From assembly GCA_038249115.1 (NCBI GenBank), contig JBBRWQ010000003.1, forward strand, positions 12,375 through 76,374: 64,000 nucleotides of DNA, in the 5' to 3' direction. Position 1 is the stretch's first letter; the number at the start of each line of letters is the position of its first letter. Below, piece after piece: positions 17,814 through 26,379 of the stretch. The translations under genes were made by a program, and so were the position numbers. Source of the stretch: Actinomycetales bacterium (GTDB lineage Bacteria > Actinomycetota > Actinomycetes > Actinomycetales > Dermatophilaceae). Under the pieces are notes generated by a model. It ran no database searches, had not been told where the DNA came from, and saw nothing but the letters and a program-made list of their open reading frames with translations.

Positions 17814-18698
17814 TCAGACCGCGATCGCGAGCACTCCCACCAACGTCAGGGCGACGCCGATGCCCTGGACACGGCGCAGTCGCTCACCCAGTAGCAGTCT
17901 GGCCCAGAACAGGGTCGCCACCGGGTACAGCGAGCCGAGGACGCTGGCGACGCTGACCAGGCCGCGTGATGAGGCGAAGGCGAAGAGGGCGTTCGCGGTG
18001 ACGTCGCCCAGACCAATGACCGCGAGCACCGGCAGGTCGCGGACGCGGGTGCCACCCACCGAGCGGACCACCAGCGCAGCCACCAGGAAGAGTGCGACAG
18101 AGATCAGGCGCATCTCCCACAAGGTCTCGAGCAACGCGTAGCGGGCGCCCCGGTCGATGCTGAACAGTGCCATCCCGAAGAACCCCGCGGCGGCAGCGGC
18201 CAGGATCACGGGACGTGGTGGCACTGCACCGGCTAGCTCAGGTCCGGAGGCCAGTGCCGCACCTGTCACCGCCAGGCCCATGCCGACCCATGCGGTGACG
18301 CTCGGATGCTCACCGGTGAGCAGGCCCAGCAGCACCGGAACGAGCGCGCCAAGGGAAGAGATCGGCGCTACGACGCCCATCGTCCCTGAGGCCAGCGCCG
18401 TGTAGAAACAGACCAGGCCGGCCGAACCCGCAAGACCAGCAACCGCCGCCCAGAGCGCGCCGTTCCCGCTGAACTCCGGTGCCAGACCCTGGTTTCGCAC
18501 CAGCAGGATGATGCTCAACGCGACCAGCGCGCAGGCCTGGGTGACGGCTACCACCGCGGTGGGCGCCATGGTCCGCGCCTTGAGCCCTGCGAAGAAGTCC
18601 GAGGTGCCCCAGGCTGCGCTCGAGAGCAGCGCCAGCAACGACAACATCGCCGTACCGTATCCCGGCGTGCCGAAACCCCGACCGGCACCGGTCGACAT
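17814..18698 (-). CDS. EamA/DMT family transporter
   Basis: About 10 hydrophobic segments in a two-repeat EamA-like organisation. The start may be at 18650. Confidence 0.8.
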   Translation of the reverse strand: MSTGAGRGFGTPGYGTAMLSLLALLSSAAWGTSDFFAGLKARTMAPTAVVAVTQACALVALSIILLVRNQGLAPEFSGNGALWAAVAGLAGSAGLVCFYTALASGTMGVVAPISSLGALVPVLLGLLTGEHPSVTAWVGMGLAVTGAALASGPELAGAVPPRPVILAAAAAGFFGMALFSIDRGARYALLETLWEMRLISVALFLVAALVVRSVGGTRVRDLPVLAVIGLGDVTANALFAFASSRGLVSVASVLGSLYPVATLFWARLLLGERLRRVQGIGVALTLVGVLAIAV

Positions 18699-18709
18699 AG
18701 GCTCCAGAG

Positions 18710-19300
18710 GTGGGCACTCATGGCGTCCCTGGCGAGGACTCAGCTGAATTCACACAGGCCTTACGGGACCTGCGCGTTGCTCGGCTGCGTCCCGAGGTGC
18801 GCCTCACCGAGGTCCCGGCCCCCAGCCGGATCGCCCCCTATGCCGTCGCCATGACCGCCGAGGTCGTCACCGCCGAGCTACCCGACGAGGGCGACGAGCT
18901 CGCCTCCGGCCGTTTTGTCCTCCTGCACGACCCGTCCGCACCTGAGCCGTGGGACGGGGTGTGGCGCGTCGTCACCTTCGCGCGCGCCGAGCTCGAGCCG
19001 GAGCTGGCCATCGACCCGGCGCTCGGCGGGGTCGGCTGGTCATGGCTGGTGGAGGCCCTCGCGCAGCATGATGCCCCCTACGTCGCCGAGGGTGGCACGG
19101 TGACCCGGGTCGTGTCCGAGAGCTTCGCCGGGCTGGCCGACCGGCCGGCCACGGTCGAGATGGAGATCCGCGCTTCCTGGACCCCGACCGGTCCCAACCT
19201 CGGGGTCCATCTGCAGGCCTGGGCAGACCTCCTGTGCATGATCGCAGGCCTGCCACCGCTGCCTGAGGGCGTCGTGGCACTACCAGGGCGACGCCGCTGA
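18710..19300 (+). CDS. Conserved actinobacterial protein (DUF3000-like)
   Basis: 196 aa. Sits just upstream of rnd, as does Rv2680 in M. tuberculosis (from memory). Confidence 0.6.
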   Translation: MGTHGVPGEDSAEFTQALRDLRVARLRPEVRLTEVPAPSRIAPYAVAMTAEVVTAELPDEGDELASGRFVLLHDPSAPEPWDGVWRVVTFARAELEPELAIDPALGGVGWSWLVEALAQHDAPYVAEGGTVTRVVSESFAGLADRPATVEMEIRASWTPTGPNLGVHLQAWADLLCMIAGLPPLPEGVVALPGRRR

Positions 19301-19358
19301 ACAGCGGCGGGTGCTCCCGGCCGACACTCTGGACATACGGGTCAAATAGGTTGACCTT

Positions 19359-20669
19359 GTGACCACCAGATCCAGCGTGTCCCCTGAGCCATCCGACGAA
19401 GACGTCGAGATCGCCCAGATCCTCGTTGCCCTGAACATGCCAGCTGGCGGCGTTCCGGATGTTGTCGTGGACGAGCGCGAGCTCGCGCGCGCAGCCCGGT
19501 TCCTTGCCGCCGGCACCGGACCGGTGGCCATCGACGCAGAGCGGGCATCCGGCTACCGATACGGGCAGCGGGCCTATCTCATTCAGCTCCGGCGCGAGGA
19601 CTCAGGCACCTGGCTGATCGACCCGATCGCCTGCCCGGACCTCTCGCCGATCGCCGATGTCATCTCCGAGGTCGAGTGGATCCTGCACGCTGCCAACCAG
19701 GACCTGCCGTGCCTGGCCGAGGTCGGCCTGCATCCGACCCTGCTTTTCGACACCGAGCTGGCTGGACGGCTCATCGGTCTGCCGCGGGTCGGGCTGGCTG
19801 CGGTGGTCGAGCACTATCTCGGGCTCACCCTGGCCAAAGAGCACTCGGCCGTGGACTGGTCAACCAGGCCGTTGCCGGAGCCGTGGCTGCGTTATGCGGC
19901 GCTCGATGTCGAGGTTCTGGGCCAGGTCCGCGACCTCATGGCCGATGACCTGGTGGCGCAGGACAAGATGTTGTGGGCCGAGCAAGAGTTCGACGCGCTC
20001 ACCCGCTTCACCGGGCCTCCGGTTCGGATCGAACCGTGGCGTCGCACGTCGGGGATGCACAAGGTTCGCAACCGGCGCGGTGCGGCCATGATCCGCGAGC
20101 TGTGGCAGGCCAGGGAAGAGATCGCCGTCGAGCGAGATGTCTCCCCCGGCCGGATTCTGCCCGACGCTGCGCTGGTCGACCTGGCCATCAAGTCCCCCAA
20201 GACGGCCGACGACATCGCCGATGGTCCGGGCGCGCGTGCCGTGCGGCGCTACCAGCGACAGCTGCTCGCAGCCCTGGAGCGTGCACGCCACGTGCCCGAG
20301 GCAGACCTGCCTGCGCTCGCGAGGCACTCCGACGGTCCGCCACCAGCACGAGCATGGCCCGATCGCGATCCGGTGGCAGCCGCCCGGCTGGCTCAGGCCC
20401 GCGCAGCCCTGGGAGAGTTCGCCGAGTCCCACAACATCCCCATCGAGAACGTGCTGTCCCCCGATTCCATCCGGCGGGTGCTGTGGTCTCCTCCGCCCGA
20501 CCCGACCCTCGAGTCGATCAGCGAAACGCTGCTAGCGCTCGGGGCTCGTCAGTGGCAGGTCGATATCACCGGCCCGATCCTCGAAGAGGCCATCAACCGG
20601 CCCGTCGAGCCCACTGCAGAGCCGCCTGCAGAGCCGCCTGCCGAGCCGAACCAGTCCATGACGCCCTGA
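19359..20669 (+). CDS. rnd: Ribonuclease D (3'-5' exonuclease + HRDC domains)
   Basis: DEDD exonuclease motifs (AIDAERASG, HAANQDL, YAALDVEVL) and an HRDC-like region. The C-terminus carries a short PAEP repeat. Confidence 0.85.
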   Translation: MTTRSSVSPEPSDEDVEIAQILVALNMPAGGVPDVVVDERELARAARFLAAGTGPVAIDAERASGYRYGQRAYLIQLRREDSGTWLIDPIACPDLSPIADVISEVEWILHAANQDLPCLAEVGLHPTLLFDTELAGRLIGLPRVGLAAVVEHYLGLTLAKEHSAVDWSTRPLPEPWLRYAALDVEVLGQVRDLMADDLVAQDKMLWAEQEFDALTRFTGPPVRIEPWRRTSGMHKVRNRRGAAMIRELWQAREEIAVERDVSPGRILPDAALVDLAIKSPKTADDIADGPGARAVRRYQRQLLAALERARHVPEADLPALARHSDGPPPARAWPDRDPVAAARLAQARAALGEFAESHNIPIENVLSPDSIRRVLWSPPPDPTLESISETLLALGARQWQVDITGPILEEAINRPVEPTAEPPAEPPAEPNQSMTP

Positions 20670-20795
20670 GCAGACGGTGACACCTCTCACGCCCAGGGGT
20701 GATGACTTCCTTTGTTACTGGCGGGTAGCATCGCTCGGGTCCCTCCCTGTTCGCCATCACTGTGGTAGATCACCCGCCCAACTCAAGGAGACCCT

Positions 20796-22043
20796 GTGCC
20801 CCGCACCCAGCGTGAGGTCGTGTTCGTCGACGGCGTTCGTACGCCGTTCGGCAAGGCCGGCGACAAGGGCATGTATGCCCAGACGCGCGCCGACGATCTC
20901 GTCGTCAACTGCATCCGCGAGCTGCTGCGCCGTCACCCCGAGCTGCCCCCGGCACGGGTCGACGAGGTCGCGCTCGCGGCGACGACACAAATCGGCGACC
21001 AGGGTCTGACCCTGGGCCGGGTCGCGTCGCTGCTCGCTGGTCTGCCCAACACCACCCCGGGCTACTCCATCGACCGCATGTGCGCCGGTGCGATGACCGC
21101 GGTGACCAACGTCGCGTCTGCTATTGCGTTCGGCTCGGGCGAGGTGGCTATCGCCGGCGGCGTCGAGCACATGGGCCGTCACCCGATGGGCGAGAGCGTC
21201 GACCCCAACCCGCGGATCTTCTCCGAGAAGATCGTCGACCCGTCTGCCCTGGTGATGGGCGCGACCGCCGAGAACCTGCACGACCGCTTCCCGGGTCTGA
21301 CCAAAGCCCGCTCCGACGCCTACGCCGTGGCGAGCCAGAACAAGCTCGAGCAGGCCTACTCCGACGGCAAGATCCAGCCCAACCTGGTCACGGTCGCGAC
21401 TCGTCACGCCGAGCTCGGATACGGTCTGGCCACCAGGGACGAACCTCCCCGCCCCGGCACGAGCCTGGAGAACATCAGCGGCCTGAAGACGCCCTTCCGT
21501 GCCCATGGCAAGGTCACCGCCGGCAACAGCGCCGCCCTGACCGACGGCGCCAGCGCGTGCATCATCGCTTCGGCCGATGCGGCCGCCGAGCTTGGGCTGC
21601 CGGTCCGGATGCGCCTGGTGTCCTACTCCTTCGTCGGCGTCGAGCCCGAGGTCATGGGCATCGGCCCGGTCCCGGCCACCGAGAAGGCCCTCAAGCAGGC
21701 CGGTCTGAGGATCGGGGACATCGGCCTCTTTGAGCTGAACGAGGCCTTCGCCGTCCAGGTGCTCGCTTTCCTTGACCACTTTGCGATCGCCGATGACGAC
21801 CTCCGGGTCAACAAGTACGGCGGCGCGATCGCGACCGGTCACCCCCTGGCCAGCTCGGGGGTCCGCCTGATGACCCAGCTCGCCCGACAGTTCGAGGAGA
21901 ACCCAGACGTGCGTTACGGCCTCACCGCGATGTGCATCGGTATCGGCATGGGTGGCGCCGTGATCTGGGAGAACCCGCACCACAAGGACTACGGCACGGA
22001 ACTCGACTCCAACCCCGACTCGACCCAGGGAGCTGTGGCCTGA
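20796..22043 (+). CDS. fadA: Acetyl-CoA C-acyltransferase (thiolase)
   Basis: Thiolase active-site contexts (SIDRMCAGAM, NEAFAVQV, CIGIGMGGA). GTG start. Confidence 0.9.
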   Translation: MPRTQREVVFVDGVRTPFGKAGDKGMYAQTRADDLVVNCIRELLRRHPELPPARVDEVALAATTQIGDQGLTLGRVASLLAGLPNTTPGYSIDRMCAGAMTAVTNVASAIAFGSGEVAIAGGVEHMGRHPMGESVDPNPRIFSEKIVDPSALVMGATAENLHDRFPGLTKARSDAYAVASQNKLEQAYSDGKIQPNLVTVATRHAELGYGLATRDEPPRPGTSLENISGLKTPFRAHGKVTAGNSAALTDGASACIIASADAAAELGLPVRMRLVSYSFVGVEPEVMGIGPVPATEKALKQAGLRIGDIGLFELNEAFAVQVLAFLDHFAIADDDLRVNKYGGAIATGHPLASSGVRLMTQLARQFEENPDVRYGLTAMCIGIGMGGAVIWENPHHKDYGTELDSNPDSTQGAVA

Positions 22044-24217
22044 TGAGCATCGCCTCCACCAACATCGACGCGTCGAACAGCGAAGCACCGAACACCGACG
22101 CCAAGAACATCGATTTCACGACCATCTTTCCCGACGAGATCATTACCAAGGCTCTGGCGCGCGACATCGCGCTGCCCGGCAACGTCGGCACCTTCGTGCT
22201 GATCACGCTCGACAACGGCTTCGACCACACCAAGCCCAACACCCTCGGGCCGGCCACCCTGGCCGGCCTGTCCGCGGTGCTCGACACTGTGCGCGCCCGT
22301 GCGGACTCCCGCGAGATCGTCGGCGTCGGCGTGACCGGCAAACCGTTCATCTTCGCGGTCGGCGCGGACCTGACCGGCATCCCCAAAGTGACCCAGCGGG
22401 AGCAGGCCCTGGCCATCGGCCGGCTTGGTCACGCGACATTCGAGCAGCTCCGCACGCTGCCGGTGCCGACGTTCGCCTTCGTCAACGGCGCAGCGATGGG
22501 CGGCGGCGTCGAGATCGCGCTCAGCGCGGCATACCGAAGCATCTCGTCGGGTGTGCCCGCTCTCGCGCTACCCGAGTGCTTCCTCGGGCTGGTGCCGGGC
22601 TGGGGAGGCTGTTTCATGCTGCCGAACCTGATCGGCGTCAAGTCGGCCCTGAAGGTCATCATCGAGAACCCGTTGAACACCAACCGGATGCTCAAGGGAC
22701 CGCAGGCCTACGAGCTGGGGATGGCCGATGTGATGTTCGAGCCGGCCATGTTCCTGGAGGACTCCCTGGCCTGGGCAGCCGACGTCATCACCGGCAGGAC
22801 CGTGGTGGATCGTCCCGAGATGGACCGCGATGAGTCAGCCTGGGAGGGCGCCATCACTGCGGCCAAGGGCATCGTCAGCTCCAAGACAGGCGGTGCCGCG
22901 CCTGCGCCGCTGCGGGCTCTCCAGCTCGTATCCGCGGCCCGAACCGCCACCCGCGCAGAGGCGTACGCCGCCGAGGACGACGCCCTGGCAGACCTGTTGA
23001 TGAGCGACGAACTGCGCAGCAACCTCTACGCCTTCGACCTGGTGCAGAAGCGCGCCAAGCGTCCGGCCGGCGCGCCCGACCGATCGCTGGCGCGCCCCGT
23101 CACCAAGGTCGGCATCGTCGGTGCCGGACTCATGGCCAGCCAGCTGGCCGCCCTCTTCGTCCAGCGGCTCGAGGTCCCGATCGTGATGACCGACCTCGAC
23201 CAGGGTCGCGTCGACAAGGGTGTGGGCTACGTCCACGCCGAGATCGACAAGCTGCTCGGCCGCGGGCGGGTCAGTCCCGACCGGGCCAACCGGCTCAAGG
23301 CCCTGGTGCAAGGTTCGACAAGCAAGGCCGACTTCGCCGACGCCGACTTCGTCATCGAGGCGGTGTTCGAGGAGATCCAGGTCAAGAGGCAGGTCTTCGC
23401 CGAGGTCGAAGCGGTCGTCTCGGCCGAGTGCGTCCTGGCGACGAACACGTCTTCGCTCTCGATCACCGAGATGGCCGCCGACCTCAAGCACCCCGAGCGG
23501 GTCGTGGGCTTCCACTTCTTCAACCCGGTCGCGGTCATGCCGCTGCTGGAGATCATCCGGGGCGCCAAGACCGATGACGCCACGCTGGCCACCGCCTTTG
23601 CCACGGGCAAGACGTTGAAGAAGACCTCGATCCTGGCCACGGACTCGCCCTCGTTCGTCGCGAACCGCCTGCTGGGTCGGTTCATGGGCGAGGTCGGTCG
23701 GATCGTTGACGAAGGCACCCCGTTGGACATCGCCGACCATGCTTTCGCCGGCATCGCACCGATGCCCCCGTTCGAGCTGTTGGGTCTGGTCGGTCCCGCC
23801 ATCGGTCTGCACAACAACGAGAGCCTGCACAAAGCATTCCCTGACCGTTTCTACGTCTCAGAAGGCCTGCGCCGTCTGGTTGCCGCCGGCAAGCCTGGGT
23901 TCTACATCTACCCCGAGGGCAAGCCGGTGCTGGATCCCGAGGTCGCGGCTCTCATGGAGACTCCGGCCAACCCGGTGGTCCTGGACTCGGCGCAGGTCCG
24001 GGCGCAGGTGCTGTCGGCCCTGGCGCAAGAGGCCCGGCTGATGCTGGACGAGGGCGTGGTGGCGGCTCCGATGGACATTGACCTTGCCCTGATCACCGGC
24101 GCTGGGTTCGCGTTCTGGAACGGCGGGCTCACGCCGTTGCTGGATCGCACCGGCATCTCCGAGAAGGTCAACGGGAAGCGGTTCCTGCCCCAGGGCGTGG
24201 CCAGCGTCCCGGCCTGA
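22043..24217 (+). CDS. fadB: Multifunctional enoyl-CoA hydratase / 3-hydroxyacyl-CoA dehydrogenase
   Basis: Crotonase region (FVNGAAMGGGVEIAL) plus the Rossmann motif VGIVGAGLMASQ. Its ATG overlaps the fadA stop (TGATG). The track start at 21932 is a false extension. Confidence 0.9.
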   Translation: MSIASTNIDASNSEAPNTDAKNIDFTTIFPDEIITKALARDIALPGNVGTFVLITLDNGFDHTKPNTLGPATLAGLSAVLDTVRARADSREIVGVGVTGKPFIFAVGADLTGIPKVTQREQALAIGRLGHATFEQLRTLPVPTFAFVNGAAMGGGVEIALSAAYRSISSGVPALALPECFLGLVPGWGGCFMLPNLIGVKSALKVIIENPLNTNRMLKGPQAYELGMADVMFEPAMFLEDSLAWAADVITGRTVVDRPEMDRDESAWEGAITAAKGIVSSKTGGAAPAPLRALQLVSAARTATRAEAYAAEDDALADLLMSDELRSNLYAFDLVQKRAKRPAGAPDRSLARPVTKVGIVGAGLMASQLAALFVQRLEVPIVMTDLDQGRVDKGVGYVHAEIDKLLGRGRVSPDRANRLKALVQGSTSKADFADADFVIEAVFEEIQVKRQVFAEVEAVVSAECVLATNTSSLSITEMAADLKHPERVVGFHFFNPVAVMPLLEIIRGAKTDDATLATAFATGKTLKKTSILATDSPSFVANRLLGRFMGEVGRIVDEGTPLDIADHAFAGIAPMPPFELLGLVGPAIGLHNNESLHKAFPDRFYVSEGLRRLVAAGKPGFYIYPEGKPVLDPEVAALMETPANPVVLDSAQVRAQVLSALAQEARLMLDEGVVAAPMDIDLALITGAGFAFWNGGLTPLLDRTGISEKVNGKRFLPQGVASVPA

Positions 24218-24220
24218 CCA

Positions 24221-24256
24221 GACCCCACGCCATACCTCCCGGTATGGCGTGGGGTC
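24221..24256. terminator. Bidirectional hairpin between convergent fadB and the TetR gene
   Basis: Perfect 16-bp stem GACCCCACGCCATACC / GGTATGGCGTGGGGTC with loop TCCC. Confidence 0.6.
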
Positions 24257-24304
24257 AGGGACGTCTCCCGCGTTTGGCCGGAAGACGTTCCCGGTTGGGC
24301 GGGG

Positions 24305-24952
24305 TCACAGCAGGGCGGCGGCGATCCCCTGCCGGATGAACCGCGCGAAGTCATCCAACGACCAGCCCTGGCGAAGCACCAGCAGCTCGTAGATCTCGGG
24401 CGTGGTGTAGGTGAACAGGACGTCCCGCGCCTCATCCCGCGTGACGCCCTCGCGGAGGTGGCCGCCATCGGCCAGGGCGTCAGCATTGTGCGCCATCCGT
24501 GCTAGCCGCTCGAGGTCAAGCTGGTCCTTCAGCTTCTGCATCTCCGGGTCCGTCGCCGCAGCCGTGCGGATCAGCAGAAGAACGGGAGCCACAAGCGGTG
24601 CCACCTCGGTGCTCAGGCGTGCCCAGTTCCCGATGATCAGGGCGGGATCGCTCTCGCTCGACGACACCTCGTCCGAACGAGCTTCGGCATGGACCGGTGC
24701 CTCCCCCGCCAGGCCGGCGTCCCACAGTGCACGCACCAGACCAGCCTTGCCGGCGAACGCCTTGTAAACCATCTCGACAGAGACTCCCGCGTCAGCGGCG
24801 ATGGACCCGACGGTCGTGGCGGCATACCCGTCGCGCAGGAACCGGCGACCAGCCACGTCCAGCACCGCCAGACGTCGGGCTTCGGCCGCGTGCTGACGTC
24901 CGGAGGCGTCGTAGGGCCGTGAGGTCTTGACAGTGGACCGGGACACGAGCAT
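24305..24952 (-). CDS. TetR family transcriptional regulator
   Basis: N-terminal HTH segment ATTVGSIAADAGVSVEMVYKAFAGK; 215 aa. Confidence 0.85.
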   Translation of the reverse strand: MLVSRSTVKTSRPYDASGRQHAAEARRLAVLDVAGRRFLRDGYAATTVGSIAADAGVSVEMVYKAFAGKAGLVRALWDAGLAGEAPVHAEARSDEVSSSESDPALIIGNWARLSTEVAPLVAPVLLLIRTAAATDPEMQKLKDQLDLERLARMAHNADALADGGHLREGVTRDEARDVLFTYTTPEIYELLVLRQGWSLDDFARFIRQGIAAALL

Positions 24953-24967
24953 CCTTCCTTAGATCCA

Positions 24968-24983
24968 ATACAGACCACTGTAT
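24968..24983. promoter_or_regulatory. Candidate TetR operator ATACAG-N4-CTGTAT
   Basis: Palindrome in the 69-bp divergent intergenic region between the TetR gene and the SnoaL/NmrA operon. Confidence 0.4.
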
Positions 24984-25021
24984 CGGATAAATTCGTTCGA
25001 AGTGTTGTCCGGGAGGTAACC

Positions 25022-25453
25022 ATGGAAACCACCGGGAAACCGCCGTTGCCAGCCAGAGCCGTGATCGACCGACTGCTCAAGGCGACCAACGCCCACGACA
25101 TCGATGCACTCGTCGGTTTTTTTGCCCCTGACTACGTCAACGAGACTCCCGTACACCCCGACAGGGGGTTCACCGGCAGTGAGCAGGTCCGTCGCAACTG
25201 GACGCAGATCTTCGCCGCGGTTCCTGACCTCGTTGCCCAGGTCACCACGCTGGCACAGGACCGCGGCCACGTATGGACCGAGTGGCAGATGAGCGGCAGC
25301 CGTGGCGACGGGACCCCACACCTGATGCGGGGGGTCATCATCTTCACGGTCGAAGGCGACCAGATCACCGCGGCGCGGTTCTACCTCGAGCCGGTCGAGA
25401 CGAGTAGCGGCAACATCGACGCAGCCGTCGCCTCCCAGATGGCAGGGCCATGA
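25022..25453 (+). CDS. NTF2/SnoaL-like family protein
   Basis: 143 aa with a SnoaL-like pattern (FFAPDYVNETPVHP...W...F..EGDQI...RFY). Confidence 0.7.
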   Translation: METTGKPPLPARAVIDRLLKATNAHDIDALVGFFAPDYVNETPVHPDRGFTGSEQVRRNWTQIFAAVPDLVAQVTTLAQDRGHVWTEWQMSGSRGDGTPHLMRGVIIFTVEGDQITAARFYLEPVETSSGNIDAAVASQMAGP

Positions 25454-26328
25454 TCCTGGTCGCCGGCGGGACCGGTCGACTCGGACGCTTGGTCGTCAAC
25501 GGGCTTGTCGGCGAGGGCAAGCCGGTGCGGGTGCTGACTCGAAACACCTCCGCTGCAACCGATCTCGCCGCCTTGGGCGTTGAGCTGGCAACCGGCGACG
25601 TACGTGATCCATCAAGCCTCGGCCCGGCCATGTCCGGGGTGAGCACGGTCGTCTCCACTGTCCACGGGTTCGTGGGTTCGGGTGGGGTCACGCCCGAGAA
25701 CGTCGACCGGGACGGTAACCGCAACCTGGTCGAGGCGGCTGCCGGCCGCTCTGCCGACGTCATCCTGATGTCGACCATCGGTGCGTCGCCGGATCACCCG
25801 ATGGAGCTGTTCCGGCTGAAGTGGGCCGCGGAAGAGCACCTTCGCGCGAGTGGGCTGCGGTGGACCATCGTGCGCAGCAGCGCGTTCGCCGATACGTGGA
25901 TCGAGCTCCTACGTCAGAGCGCCGAGAAGTCTGGGCGACCACAGGTGTTCGGCAAAGGCGACAACCCGATCAACTTCGTGTGGGTGCAGGATGTCGCCGA
26001 CGCGGTCCTCCACGCGACGATGAATCCTGCGATGCGAGGACAGGCGATCGAGGTGGGCGGACCGGACAACCTCACGTTCAACGACCTTGCCCGCCTCGTT
26101 CAGGCGTCGATGGGCGTGAGTGGCAGCGTGCGCCACGTCCCGCGACCGGGGCTCAAAGCGATGGGGGCGATCGCCAGGCCGTTCAACCCGAAGATGGCGA
26201 GGCTGGCGCGCGCTTCCCTGGCCATGGACACCTGCGACCTGACCTTCGACCCTGAGGCGAGCATCCGCGCATACCCCTGGTTATCCTGCACGACGATCGC
26301 GCCCCAAGGCCTGCTCGTACAGCACTGA
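25450..26328 (+). CDS. NAD(P)-binding NmrA/SDR-like protein
   Basis: N-terminal ILVAGGTGRLGR Rossmann motif. ATGA overlap with the upstream gene. Confidence 0.75.
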   Translation: MILVAGGTGRLGRLVVNGLVGEGKPVRVLTRNTSAATDLAALGVELATGDVRDPSSLGPAMSGVSTVVSTVHGFVGSGGVTPENVDRDGNRNLVEAAAGRSADVILMSTIGASPDHPMELFRLKWAAEEHLRASGLRWTIVRSSAFADTWIELLRQSAEKSGRPQVFGKGDNPINFVWVQDVADAVLHATMNPAMRGQAIEVGGPDNLTFNDLARLVQASMGVSGSVRHVPRPGLKAMGAIARPFNPKMARLARASLAMDTCDLTFDPEASIRAYPWLSCTTIAPQGLLVQH

Positions 26329-26366
26329 CCCCGACTCGTTCAGGCCGGACACTGCAAGCAGGTATC

Positions 26367-26376
26367 TCACATGTGA
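26367..26376. promoter_or_regulatory. Palindrome TCACATGTGA just upstream of the HTH-MurA-like gene
   Basis: Perfect 10-bp palindrome in an AT-richer stretch, 4 nt before ATG 26380 and 16 nt before ATG 26392. Confidence 0.3.
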
Positions 26377-26379
26377 TTT

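Noticed and set aside
20021-20035. GGTTCGGATCGAACC, which resembles a tRNA T-arm
   Set aside because: It lies inside the rnd coding sequence (PVRIEPW). No acceptor, anticodon or D arms can be drawn around it.
20616-20648. 12-bp tandem repeat GCAGAGCCGCCT (2.7 copies) encoding (PAEP)n at the RNase D C-terminus
   Set aside because: The repeat is real, but it is an ordinary low-complexity tail in a disordered C-terminus. It is mentioned only as a minor possible length polymorphism.
20757-22088. 443-aa minus-strand ORF. Similar long antisense ORFs occur at 22835-23830, 26281-27267, 28051-29358, 31316-32710, 35571-36626, 40458-41930, 45549-46883, 47600-48916, 49124-50122, 50820-51716, 53867-54778, 62397-63347 and 62556-63602.
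   Set aside because: Every one of them overlaps a CDS with clear family motifs on the opposite strand or in another frame. Their compositions are low-complexity and Arg/Gly/Pro-rich. They are an expected artefact of roughly 70 % GC.
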